From the NCBI GenBank assembly GCA_965206645.1, contig CBDBKE010000002.1:416001-480000 (forward strand): a stretch of DNA of 64,000 bases, read 5' to 3'. The position numbers and the translations under genes were made by a program. Shown here piece after piece: positions 54,590 through 64,000 of this stretch. A model generated the notes under the pieces. That model was given only the letters and a program-made list of their open reading frames with translations, made no database searches and was not told the origin of the DNA. Source of the stretch: Terriglobia bacterium. GTDB lineage: Bacteria; Acidobacteriota; Terriglobia; JAJPHL01; JAPKYU01. Numbering within the stretch: position 1 is the stretch's first letter; each line of letters starts with the position of its first letter.

Positions 54590-56700
54590 CTGCGAAAAGG
54601 CCCACCGGCGGCGCTGACGCGCCGGAGATGGACATGACATGCAACGTAATGCTCTCGCACGAATCAATGTTCTCCAGCTTGCGATCTGGCCGCTGACCGC
54701 CATCCTGGCGACTTCCGCCTTCGGCTTGCTCTACAAGGCCGCCACGGAGGAGGGAAAGCAGGTCCGCCTTTGGCCCGGCCTTACTGAGCTAGATTACCGT
54801 CCAGATAATAGCCGGAGCCGACCAGGATCGGCAAGCCATAGGCCACGACCCTCTTGATGAAAGTCACCTTCCGCTGCAGTTTCCCGGTCGAGGGATTGCG
54901 CGTCGAGTAGTACAGGAAGGTTTCACCGAACGCGTTGCAGACGCTCACCACATCCCGGCCGCCGAAGGGTCCTTCCGGATAGTCGTTCAACTCGGGAGCA
55001 ATGACGCCATACCACTGGCTGTAGGGATCGCCGCTGAACAGCGTGTAGCCGTAGGTGTCCACGCCGAACAAGTAGATCGAGCCGTTTCTCCAGCGCGGAT
55101 CGCTTGACAGCGCCCGGATGGCGAAGTACCCATGCGATTCCAGCTCCATCGCGGCGCAACGCACAAACTCCTTTAGCCTCTCGCGGGAAGGATCGCCCTC
55201 GAGCCCCAGGGCGTTGACCTCTTCGCTCTCGCAGGTGCCGGGAATGTCGCGGCGGTAGATGCCAGCGCCTATCGCGGCCAGGTTCCCTTCCCAGTCGATG
55301 CGCTTGATATAGGAAGCCTTCGGCTCATCCCTGCCCGTCACTGGATTTGTGAACGAGTAGTAGAGCCATCCGTCACCGAAGCTGCTTACGATACGATGCT
55401 GTTCCTTGTAGTAGTCGTTGCCGAAGGCGTCGATCAGCAGTCCTAGTGATGATCCTTCCCTCGGCCGGGCGGGTGGAAAGACGAAAAGTCGCGCCTGATC
55501 GCTCATCGGTGTCGCTTCGGAGACAAAGACATAGATTGGGCCCCTCTTCCAACGCTCGTCCTCGTTAAAGGCCCTGCGGGCTTCCTCAAATCCTGCCTCC
55601 TGGACGAACTCGTAGGCGCATTGAACGAACGCCTGAACGTCCTCGCGTGTGCGCACCGCGCCAGCGGTGACGGAGCGATCCGCGCAAGACAGCGGTTCGG
55701 CGCCCCCCTGGGCAACGAGAGCCGGCACGGCGAACGTTAAGATTAGGGGAATCAGGAGTGGGAAGAGATTACGTTTCATCATTTGGAATATGACATCAAG
55801 ATCAACCCTCCTTTTTTGATGACATCAGCGGCAGTGAGTAGGTGCGTCTTGGAACACGCCTCTACTCGCACGCCAGGGAGGGTCGCTCCCATCTCGAAAG
55901 TCCCTGCGGGAAGGCTGCGAAAAGGCCCACCGGCGGCGCTGACGCGCCGGAGATGGACATGACATGCAACGTAATGCTCTCGCACGAATCAATGTTCTCC
56001 AGCTTGCGATCTGGCCGCTGACCGCCATCCTGGCGACTTCCGCCTTCGGCTTGCTCTACAAGGCCGCCACGGAGGAGGGAAAGCAGGTCCGCCTTTGGCC
56101 CGGCCTTACTGAGCTAGATTACCGTCCAGATAATAGCCGGAGCCGACCAGGATCGGCAAGCCATAGGCCACGACCCTCTTGATGAAAGTCACCTTCCGCT
56201 GCAGTTTCCCGGTCGAGGGATTGCGCGTCGAGTAGTACAGGAAGGTTTCACCGAACGCGTTGCAGACGCTCACCACATCCCGGCCGCCGAAGGGTCCTTC
56301 CGGATAGTCGTTCAACTCGGGAGCAATGACGCCATACCACTGGCTGTAGGGATCGCCGCTGAACAGCGTGTAGCCGTAGGTGTCCACGCCGAACAAGTAG
56401 ATCGAGCCGTTCCTCCAGCGCGGATCGCTTGACAGCGCCCGGGTGGCGAAGTACCCATGCGATTCCAGCTCCATCGCGGCGCAACGCACAAGCTCCTTCA
56501 GCCTCTCGCGGGAAGGATCCTCATCGAGCGCCAGGGCGTTGACCTCTTCGCTCCCGCAGGTGCCGGGAATGTCGCGGCGGTAGATGCCCGCGCCGATCAC
56601 GGCCGGGTTCCCTTCCCAGTCGATGCGCTTGACGTAGGAAGCCTTCGGCTCCTCCCTGTCGGTCGCTGGGTTTCTGAAGGCGTAGTAGAGCCAGCCGGAA
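54590..56700. repeat. Direct duplication with 1325-bp offset (54590-~55370 vs 55915-~56695)
   Basis: About the first 490 bp appear identical by eye, then the copies diverge. Confidence 0.9.
54781..55782 (-). CDS. Secreted stand-alone tandem Cache-domain protein
   Basis: Signal peptide; two units: DVQAFVQCAYE..EARRAF..IYVFV..GWLYYSFTNP..EPKASYIK..IGAGIY and LKEFVRCAA..IYLFG..YYSTRNP..KVTFIK..VGSGYY. Confidence 0.8.
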   Translation of the reverse strand: MMKRNLFPLLIPLILTFAVPALVAQGGAEPLSCADRSVTAGAVRTREDVQAFVQCAYEFVQEAGFEEARRAFNEDERWKRGPIYVFVSEATPMSDQARLFVFPPARPREGSSLGLLIDAFGNDYYKEQHRIVSSFGDGWLYYSFTNPVTGRDEPKASYIKRIDWEGNLAAIGAGIYRRDIPGTCESEEVNALGLEGDPSRERLKEFVRCAAMELESHGYFAIRALSSDPRWRNGSIYLFGVDTYGYTLFSGDPYSQWYGVIAPELNDYPEGPFGGRDVVSVCNAFGETFLYYSTRNPSTGKLQRKVTFIKRVVAYGLPILVGSGYYLDGNLAQ

Positions 56701-56960
56701 TCAACAGTCGACATGATGCGATCCAGTTCCCGGGAGGGATCGGGCGGGTAGACATACGCTCCCCGGATTTCGCGATTCCGTCGCGATAGATCGGGCCGCT
56801 TCTCCAGCGCTCGTCCTCGTGGAAGGACCGCCGGGCCTCTGCAAAGTGGACGAACTCGTAGGCGCCGAAATTTGACGTCCTCCGTTGTCGATCAGACGTT
56901 CAGCCCCAGGGATTAATGGAATCAGAAATGGAGAGAGACCCTTCCCTCAGACAATGGCTA
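56106..56960 (-). pseudogene. Degenerate second Cache-domain paralog
   Basis: C-terminal 202 aa intact; the 5' part has multiple deletions. Confidence 0.75.
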
Positions 56961-57089
56961 ATCGGGCGGGCCCACAGATTCATGGGCCCGAGAGCGGAGA
57001 CGTCGCAAGCAGCAGTCCAAGCTAGTAGGGCAGGCGAGACGGCCGCCAGCACCAGAAGGTTTCTGCTGGCGAGTTCCTTCGGCCGTCGA

Positions 57090-57401
57090 CGAAGACATAG
57101 ATCGGGCCGCTTCTCCAGCGCTCGTCCTCGTGGAAGGCTCACCCATCCCGGCCGCCGAAGGGTCCTTCCGGGCCTCTGCAAAGCCCACTTCCTGGCCGTT
57201 CCGAATCGCTTGACAGTCGTAGGCGCATTGAACGAACGATTTGACGTCCTCCGTTGTGCGCACGGCACGGGCGGTTTCTGACGGAGCGATCCGCGCAAGA
57301 CAAAGGTTCAGCGGCGCCGAAAGCTCAGCGGCGCCGAAAGCCTGCGGCGCGGCGCACACTATGACTGATAGAATCAGAAATGGAGACAGGCTACACTTCA
57401 T
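57090..57401 (-). pseudogene. Third Cache-domain paralog, N-terminal fragment
   Basis: MKCSLSPFLILSV...AVRTTEDVKSFVQCAYD...EVGFAEARK, fragmented. Confidence 0.65.
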
Positions 57402-58019
57402 TATAACTAAGAATGCTGGCACAGACTCACATAAAGAGTCAAGCATAAAGGCGGTTCTTCAAAAAGCTAGCAATATGAGGAAGTTCCATATGTTTCGAGT
57501 TCCGACTGAACCCAGCTCGTGCTAGCTTGGCAGCCCGATCATTTGCCGCTACCACCTGTCCATTGCGAATTGATATGTTGAGCGATTCTACCCGTGACCG
57601 CTGCCCCAGTGAGGCGAGTGCACACTGGCGGAGTACCCTCGGTAGCAGCGAAACAATCAGATCAGACAACCGCTCCGCGTTGACAAACTCAAACAGCGAA
57701 TGGTTTCGTAGGAAGTGCCCGCCTGCCGATGTCCGCCGGTTACACAGGGAGCACCAGTCTTTGGAGAATCAGGCAGTCATTGGGGTGTGATAGAGGCCTC
57801 TGCAGTGGCGTTGCCATCCATAGGAATGGAGCCTGGCGACTGGTCGTGGTATAGGCGTGACTGGATCAGGCGTTCTCCCCTCCAGTCCAGTGTGCGAGCG
57901 ATACGCATTGAAATATGTCCTGAAATCGAGCAGCTTGTTCTCCAGGTCCGCCGGCGTCCAGAACAACGTGCGATCCAAATACTCGCGTCGAATCGTGCCG
58001 ATCAACCGTTCCACAAAGG

Positions 58020-59299
58020 TGACCTGCCTGGCGATTTCCGGACCAGCTGAGGCCTGAGAGAATGGCGCCCTCGGAGAAACGAGGGAGCCATGAAGAAGAC
58101 CCGGTTTACCGAAGAGCAGATGGTGACGATCCTCCGCGAGGCCGATCAGCGGCCCGTTCCGGAGGTGGCCAAAAAGAACGGCGTCAGCGCCCAGACGCTC
58201 TACGCCTGGCGGAAACACTTCGGCACGTTGGAGCCCGCCGATGTGAAGCGGCTGCGGCAGCTCAAGCAGGAGAACGGCCGGCTGAAAAAGATGGTGGCCG
58301 ATCGAGATCTGGAGATCGACGTGCTCAAGGAGATCACCCGAAAAAAATGGTAGGCGCACGCGTGCGCCGGCCGCAGGTCGCGTATGCACGTGCACGCGGT
58401 CTGTCGGGTCGCCGCGCGTGCGCCTTGCTCTCCGTCGCACGGTCCACGCTGGGCTACCAGTCGCGGCTGGTCGACCGGGATGCCCCGGCGCTGGCCGCGA
58501 TGCGTCGTCTGGCGGCGCAGTATCCGCGGTACGGCTATCGCCGGATTCGGATTTTCCTAAAACGCGAAGGGCACACGATGAGCACGGACCGGACCCATCG
58601 CCTCTGGCGCCAGGCGGGGTTGCAGGTGCCTCGGCGGCGGCCGCGGCGCCGGGTCGCCCTGAGCCGGCCCCGCCCGGTGCCCGCCACTGCGGTCAATCAC
58701 GTCTGGGCGTACGACTTCGTGTTCGACACCTGCGCGAATGGGCAGACGCTCAAGTGCCTCACCGTCGTCGACGAATGGACCCGCGAGTCACTCGCGATCG
58801 ACGTGGCCGGCGGCATTCGGTCCGGGCGCGTTATCGAGGTGCTCACGCAGCTCGTGAGCGTCCACGGAGCCCCACGTTACCTCCGGTCCGACAACGGCCC
58901 CGAGTTTGTCGCGGGTGCGATTCTCCGGTGGCTGCTCCAGGCGCAGATCGAAACCGCGCTCATCGAGCCGGGCAAGCCGTGGCAGAATGCGACCGACGAA
59001 TCGTTCAACGGGAAGTTCCGCGACGAGTATCTGAGCCTGCAGTGGTTTCGGAACCGCGTGGACGCGAAGGTGGGGATCGAGCAATGGCGACGGCACTACA
59101 ACGACGTGCGACCGCACTCGAGCCTTGGCTATCTGACGCCAGCCGAGTTCAAAGCGCAGCTCCGTGCTGGCTCGGATGACGGTGGGCGCTCGCCGGCGAT
59201 GCCGGCTCACGCTGACCAAGAAGAACACGAGAGCGACTTAACCATGCCGACTGGCGCTGTTCTCCAGTAATCGGTGGTCCGAAGAAAGCCGGCAGGTCA
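58020..59299 (+). mobile_element. IS3 family (IS407 group), complete, 1280 bp, TSD AAGG
   Basis: Ends TGACCTGCCTGGCG / GCCGGCAGGTCA; orfA 58090-58353; A7 slippery site CGAAAAAAATGG; orfB to 59270. Confidence 0.95.
58090..59270 (+). CDS. IS3 OrfAB transposase (programmed frameshift)
   Basis: MKKTRFTEEQMVTILRE...; YGYRRI, HVWAYDF, RSDNGPEF, PWQNATDESFNGKFRDE. Confidence 0.9.
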
Positions 59300-60444
59300 A
59301 AGGGATGGGACAGGGGAACATAGGGGACGGTTTTGATTTCGATTACCTCCAGGATCCGCAGATTGGCTTGCCACTGCCCAAACCGATACAGGGGATCATG
59401 GTCGGAGCTGAGGTAGTTGGGCATACAGGGTTGCCATCGAATGGCGCGGTTGAACATGCGGCAAAGTGCCACGCCATTGACGGTTCCGGCGTGGACGCCG
59501 AACCCAATGATCCGGCGGGTGTATTGATCCATGACGACCAAGACCCAGTGGGTCCGCAACGTGGCCGATTCGCACCGGAACAGATCTATACTCCAGAGGC
59601 TGTCCTTCATGTGGCCAATGAAGGTCAGCCAGGATGGACCACCGGAGTCCTTTTTCGGCCGATAGTGGCTGGCGAGAATCCTTCGAACAACGTCTTTGTC
59701 GATGGGGATGTCGAAAGCCAAGGCAATCTACTGAGCGATTCGCGGGCAGCCCCAGGTGGGATTGCGCTGCTTCATCTGGACAACAGCGTCGATGAGTTCT
59801 TTGTTGGGTCCGTTTGGTCCGGGCTTACGCCGGTGCTTGGATGAAAAGAGCAGGCAATATTTTCGGTTCCTCAGAGCCCGGTGGAGGCCCAAAAGAGTCG
59901 AAGGCTTCAGCACGATTGCTGAGCGGATCAGGCGGGCGGGGCGGATGAGGAGAGCACACAGGCCGGCGGCGAGGCGATCTGAAGTGCGTAGATTGGGAGA
60001 TCGCTGTCGCGAACGATTGAGGATCAGGAGTTGTTGCTTGTCAAGAACGGACTCGGCGATCACAGAGCGAATGCCACCCGGACCCAAGAGCCGGGCAAGA
60101 GTAGCCATGACATGGACAACAAGGATAACGAGATTGCGCATCTCAGCATCTTAGCAAGAACCGCTAAACCCAGGAATTAGGCCGCAAACTAGCAATTCGC
60201 CAGGGACAGGTTAGCTGAAGGTTGCCACTGCGTTTTCAAAAAGGAAATCCGGGTTAAGCCAGAAAACGCCTTATTTTCATGCGATTTTCCAGACACTGCT
60301 CCGTTCCCTTACATCATTGATGGGTTTCTCTGCCTGCCGAAAGCGACGCAGGTTATGTCAGAGAACGTCATAGAGGCAGCACTGCATCAGCCAGTTGTTA
60401 CCGTTGAGGGCGAGCGGGCCGCCATTATCCAATTTTCTACAAAT

Positions 60445-61176
60445 TCAAACCTCGTCGAGGGCCTTGTCTCCCCAAGGCCGCCCCTCAGTAACCAATTTAT
60501 ACATTTTGTAGGTGCACCAGGATTCCGTTGCTGCAAACGCTTCATCCAGAGTGTAGGATTTGCCGCTTCTCTCCATGGTTTCTTCTTCCAGCCACTTGTC
60601 CAAATGGTTCTTGCAGCAAAAGAAATTGGTGTTGACGCATACGATGAGATAGTAGGGCGCATTAACCGGCAATCTGTTTTCGATCCAAATGCATATGTCA
60701 TCCGGAGAACGATCCACGATTTGGGTTCCATTTCCCCCGTAGCCTATGGAGATTTCCCGGTCACAATACCTGCAGCATGATTTCACTCTGATGTCCTTGC
60801 CGAAAGTGGGCGGAAGTGTCAGGGCATCCATCGCGCAAGGAGAATAGGAAATACGTCCTCCATCCGGCCTGATCAGCTTGTGTATCGTAGGTATCCCTGC
60901 CACCGGATAGAAAGCGATAACATTCTTGAAGAAAGGATCTCTATAAATGCCATATACGCTTTCAAATGCATCCAGTATTTCCTCGACTGCCGCTACGGGA
61001 AGGTCGGTGTTTTGCGCAACCTCCCCAGGAGATGATCTCCTGCCTTGTTCAAAGAGCGTATTGCTCACGTAGAGGTAGACCTTTCGCATCTCTGGAGAAA
61101 TCATTGAAGGGTCTGGAGGGGGACAACTCTCTGCTTCTTCCATTTTCTTTGCATCCGCATCGTTCTTTTCCGTCAT
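60445..61176 (-). CDS. merB: Organomercurial lyase (MerB)-like protein
   Basis: N-terminal winged helix; YSPCAMDAL (Cys/Asp pair like WCALD), SCCRYC, VCVNTNFFCC; GGAGG RBS before the ATG at 61176. Confidence 0.7.
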   Translation of the reverse strand: MTEKNDADAKKMEEAESCPPPDPSMISPEMRKVYLYVSNTLFEQGRRSSPGEVAQNTDLPVAAVEEILDAFESVYGIYRDPFFKNVIAFYPVAGIPTIHKLIRPDGGRISYSPCAMDALTLPPTFGKDIRVKSCCRYCDREISIGYGGNGTQIVDRSPDDICIWIENRLPVNAPYYLIVCVNTNFFCCKNHLDKWLEEETMERSGKSYTLDEAFAATESWCTYKMYKLVTEGRPWGDKALDEV

Positions 61177-61219
61177 TGCTCGATCCTCCCATGACATTTC
61201 GTCCGAAAGTAATTGTTGG

Positions 61220-61609
61220 GCGTTCCGGCGGTTGAAAGTGTACATCCATTTGCATCCTACCGAGCACAATTTCTCCTCCGAGAGGGCCATCGGCCCCCAG
61301 CCGCCCTTTTCGCGTCCCCGAAACCATCGGCTCGGCTTCCAGAACCGGCTTTTTCAGACACCTCTCCATTCCTGGGGAATAATCGGTGTCGTTTTCTTGT
61401 GTGCCACAGCTTAAGCTATCCCGACGGAAGCGGCAGCCCATCGATCCGCCCCAGCATACTGGCAAACAGCCGTCGGGTGAGATGGCTCTCCGCCAAGAAC
61501 AACCAATAGTAGCGGGCATGCTTGACCAACCTTCCACCCGTCTTCACCAGCCGTTGCTGGAGGCTCGTCAAGGACCAGTTTCCGAGCCTCTGGGGCAATA
61601 CCAAGCGCC
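61220..61609 (-). mobile_element. IS1380 3' fragment
   Basis: RRLVLPQRLGNWSLTSLQQRLVKTGGRLVKHARYYW, homologous to 17710-17905; left boundary approximate. Confidence 0.85.
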
Positions 61610-61728
61610 GGTATTGTCAAGTTGAGGCTGAGGGCTGTTTTTGATGCTTAGCATGGTGGGTTCGAGACGGGCTGGAGCCCAATATCTTGGGGGTCGATCG
61701 ACGAGCTTTTCGTCAACTTGACAATGCC
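61610..61728. mobile_element. 119-bp MITE with IS6-like IRs
   Basis: GGTATTGTCAAGTTGA...TCAACTTGACAATGCC. Confidence 0.75.
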
Positions 61729-61900
61729 TTTCGGTGTGCGCTCCAACCAGGTCCCTAGGGCCTTAAAGTTGACGGCGATGATCTCATTCCGGTCCGGATC
61801 GACGACGAAGATCCCATCATTGGATTTCCCAAAGATCTTGTGAAATGGCTCTTGGCTTCTGCCCGGAGCTTCTCCAGTCCGTTCTCGCTGTTTCTTTAAC
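61729..61900 (-). pseudogene. PAS-domain sensor fragment
   Basis: SQEPFHKIFGKSNDGIFVVDPDRNEIIAVNFKA. Confidence 0.45.
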
Positions 61901-61929
61901 GATTCGAGCGCGGATACTCTCTCGCGACA

Positions 61930-62070
61930 CCGGATAGATCCCCACTAACGGGCTAGTGTTTATCAATCCCGGTTTCACTTGGGCGTGTAGTCGTCTTGCC
62001 GGAAACTTACCCTCTACGCCCGCCAGGGTAGTGGGTCAGTTTCAGGGAAGGGCATTATACATCCAAGTGG
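61930..62070 (-). repeat. Modular repeat copy 4 (F - S1 - R - M), inverted relative to copy 1
   Basis: Sites at 62038-62068 and 61977-62007 with the same 30-bp S1 spacer. Confidence 0.85.
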
Positions 62071-62136
62071 CGACAGGGATGACTTGATACCATTTTTGCG
62101 AAGTCGGGCCCGAGAACGACTTCGAGCCGTCTATGG

Positions 62137-62790
62137 TCAGGCCTCTTCGCCGAGGAACCTGGTCACCACCTGCACCAACTCCTGCGGTTTGTCCATGTGT
62201 ACGTAGTGGCCGGACTTTTCGATTACCTCCAGCTTGGCGTTTGGCAGCTTTTCCGCAATCTCATACGCCAGCTTGACGCTGATGAAGCGATCATACTTGC
62301 CCCATACCACCAGCACGGGTGTTTGAAGCTCGTGTGCGCGCGGCTCAAAGTACTTCTGGCCAATGTGGAAGTTTTGGAAGTACGACAGAAACGCCTCCTG
62401 GTTGCTTTTACTCATAGCGTCGGCCAAGAATTCCTGGCGCACCTCAGCCGGGATGGAGTGCCCCCGGTAAAATCCTTTGAAGTACGTAATTTGGGCTGTG
62501 AGACGCGGAAACCACCACACCAGGGCCTTGGCGAGGATCGAGCCCTTCTTGGCAAAACTCTTAAGCTCCCAGGAGGAGTACTGTGGTCGCGGAAACGGAA
62601 TGCCGTCCGTCACCACCAGCTTAGAGACGCGGCTTGGGTGCTCCAGGCCGACCAGTAGCGCCGGGAGGAGGGCAATGTCTGTGGCCATCAAGATTGTTTG
62701 AGTGATGTGAAAGGAGTCCATGAAGTCTACAATCACCTCCGCAAAGCGGAGTGACGTGTAGTCCTTGCGGGGGTTGGGGTTCTTGCTGCG
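62137..62790 (-). pseudogene. Alpha/beta hydrolase, N-terminally truncated
   Basis: ATDIA nucleophile elbow, RVSKLVV, PVLVVWGKYD, SGHYVHMDKP; the oxyanion-hole N-terminus is missing. Confidence 0.75.
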
Positions 62791-62839
62791 CTTTTTCTGA
62801 TGGCATACGGCGCCAACGGTAGCGGAAAACTGATCCGAC

Positions 62840-63371
62840 GCGGCCGGGGATGGAAACAATTCGGACTGGGTTCTTTCGTAGTGGGGTATTCGATCCTGGC
62901 CGGTGTTAACTCTCGTGCTTCCTCCGAAAAGGAGTCAGTGTTCTCGAACTTACGCTAGGCACATGATGAACGACATTTTGGAGGCCGAAAACAAATTCCA
63001 GTCCGCGGCAACACTGGACACGAACGGAAATGGCGTGGGCGAAATACGGCACGCTCGAGCAACTTCGACAGGCCAGACTCATTCGGTATGACTACGGTTC
63101 GGATAGGTATAATCGTCGCTACATCGTGGTCTTGACGGGAGAGCCAGAAAATGATGAGAAAAGGTTCTTTCTGTATGCGACACCGAAGAGCTATTTCTCC
63201 CGCTCAAGCTGGGAATTCGTGCCCTTCTACTCGCTCTACTGGAGTCTGCACAATATGAGTTCCCGATGTCCGGCTGCAGCTACCTTAGCTGCCACGGAGA
63301 CAGGCGAAATCAAGGTTCGGGACCTGGGTGAGTCGAGACCGGTAACACGGGAAGAAGTGGAGAGTTGGTAA
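62840..63371 (+). pseudogene. Pilin-like/secreted protein remnant, frameshifted near 63044
   Basis: ILEAENKFQSAATLDTNGNGVGE|YGTLEQL...FFLYATP...ATETGEIKVRD. Confidence 0.4.
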
Positions 63372-63523
63372 TACTCAATCCGCAAAGTTGGAAACTTAGC
63401 CGGCGACGCACGGCGCCGCACACCACCGTGGGCAATCTTCACGCCAACCTGGGAGGTCATTGAAAATGGGCCGTAAGTTCTTGATGCCAGGTAGCTTCGT
63501 TGGACTAGTTGGATTGACCAACT

Positions 63524-63673
63524 CAGAAACTGTCGCAGCGCCTTGCGGCTCCTCGTCTAACGTCAGCGGTCACTTGGCCGTATAGTCGGCTTACCGCACA
63601 AGTGCCTACCTTGAGGCAGCGTCACTTTAATAGCTGAGAGTAGATAGGCCCCGCCTAGTCGGGTAGGGTTTAC
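63524..63673 (-). repeat. Modular repeat copy 5 (M/X - R - S2 - degenerate R), inverted relative to copy 3
   Basis: Site ACTTGGCCGTATAGTCGGCTTACCGCACAAGT at 63572-63603; flanks match 27865-28010. Confidence 0.85.
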
Positions 63674-64000
63674 CTATCCTTATCAGGCAGAAACTCTGAG
63701 GGCTGTAAGAGAAAGCCACCGGCGTTCGGTAGTCTGGCTCCTGCCCATCTGCAATAGGTTGCCTCCCAAGTCCTGGGCTTCTCATGCACCTCGGCGGCTT
63801 GGTCCTGACCGGCATAGGTACCCCCTTTCTGGCTACCTTCCAAATACGGACATGCAACAGATTGCATACCGGCGATTTGCACCAGATGGCCCCGATCTTA
63901 CAAGCACTCATGCTTTCCGTCGAGGGGTGGCATGGGTGAGCGGCGACGTGGCATGGCCAGTCGCGGACCTCGGAAAAGGCGATGGCGCAGCCTGTCGCCT

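Larger units (their letters stand above)
57754..60210 (-). mobile_element. rve/integrase-core (IS481/IS3-like) element with a nonsense codon at 59728, split by IS3
   Basis: MRNLVILVVH...WGCPRIAQ*IAL...WSIDLF..VMDQYTRRIIGF..SDHDPLY..LSHPF|VERLIGTIRREYLD; imperfect IRs CCAGTCTTTGGAGAAT / ATTCGCCAGGGACAGG. Confidence 0.75.

Noticed and set aside
57439-57720. Possible gene C-terminus on the minus strand
   Set aside because: Open frame truncated by the rve element but with no recognisable family; not annotated.
22104-59730. Stop-codon reassignment (TAG or TGA as sense)
   Set aside because: TAG ends nrdJ, galE and the IS1380 transposase, and TGA ends queA, htpX and ilvD at expected positions; sister IS copies carry the sense codon.

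Overview
GC-rich bacterial chromosome segment; gene content and style suggest Acidobacteriota (inference). Two core-gene blocks alternate with two accessory blocks saturated with insertion sequences (IS). Core block 1 (~1-15.7 kb): GT2 glycosyltransferase, HEAT-repeat protein, tRNA-Asp, RRM protein, nrdJ with tandem NrdR boxes, amidase, two broken DUF3857/transglutaminase genes, metallophosphoesterase, galE. Core block 2 (~33.5-45.9 kb): truncated ligD, queA, clpB, htpX, ilvD, TPR-peptidase. The accessory blocks (~15.9-33.5 kb around tRNA-Lys; ~45.9-64 kb) carry IS3, IS1380, IS21, IS5/IS903, IS1182 and IS481-like elements, IS6-like MITEs and many pseudogenes. Their cargo includes a Na+/solute symporter, a TPR protein, an HNH protein, a C-protein/ParB pair, a lipoprotein NapA-NapC module, Cache-domain proteins and a MerB-like protein. 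The most unusual signal is a five-copy modular non-coding repeat family (20.2, 25.2, 27.9, 61.9, 63.5 kb). It is built from a 31-32 bp dif/tyrosine-recombinase-like site in both orientations, separated by interchangeable short spacers, and two copies end in an outward promoter facing cargo genes. It is a candidate undescribed gene-cassette/recombination system. All calls come from reading the sequence and motifs; no database searches were run.
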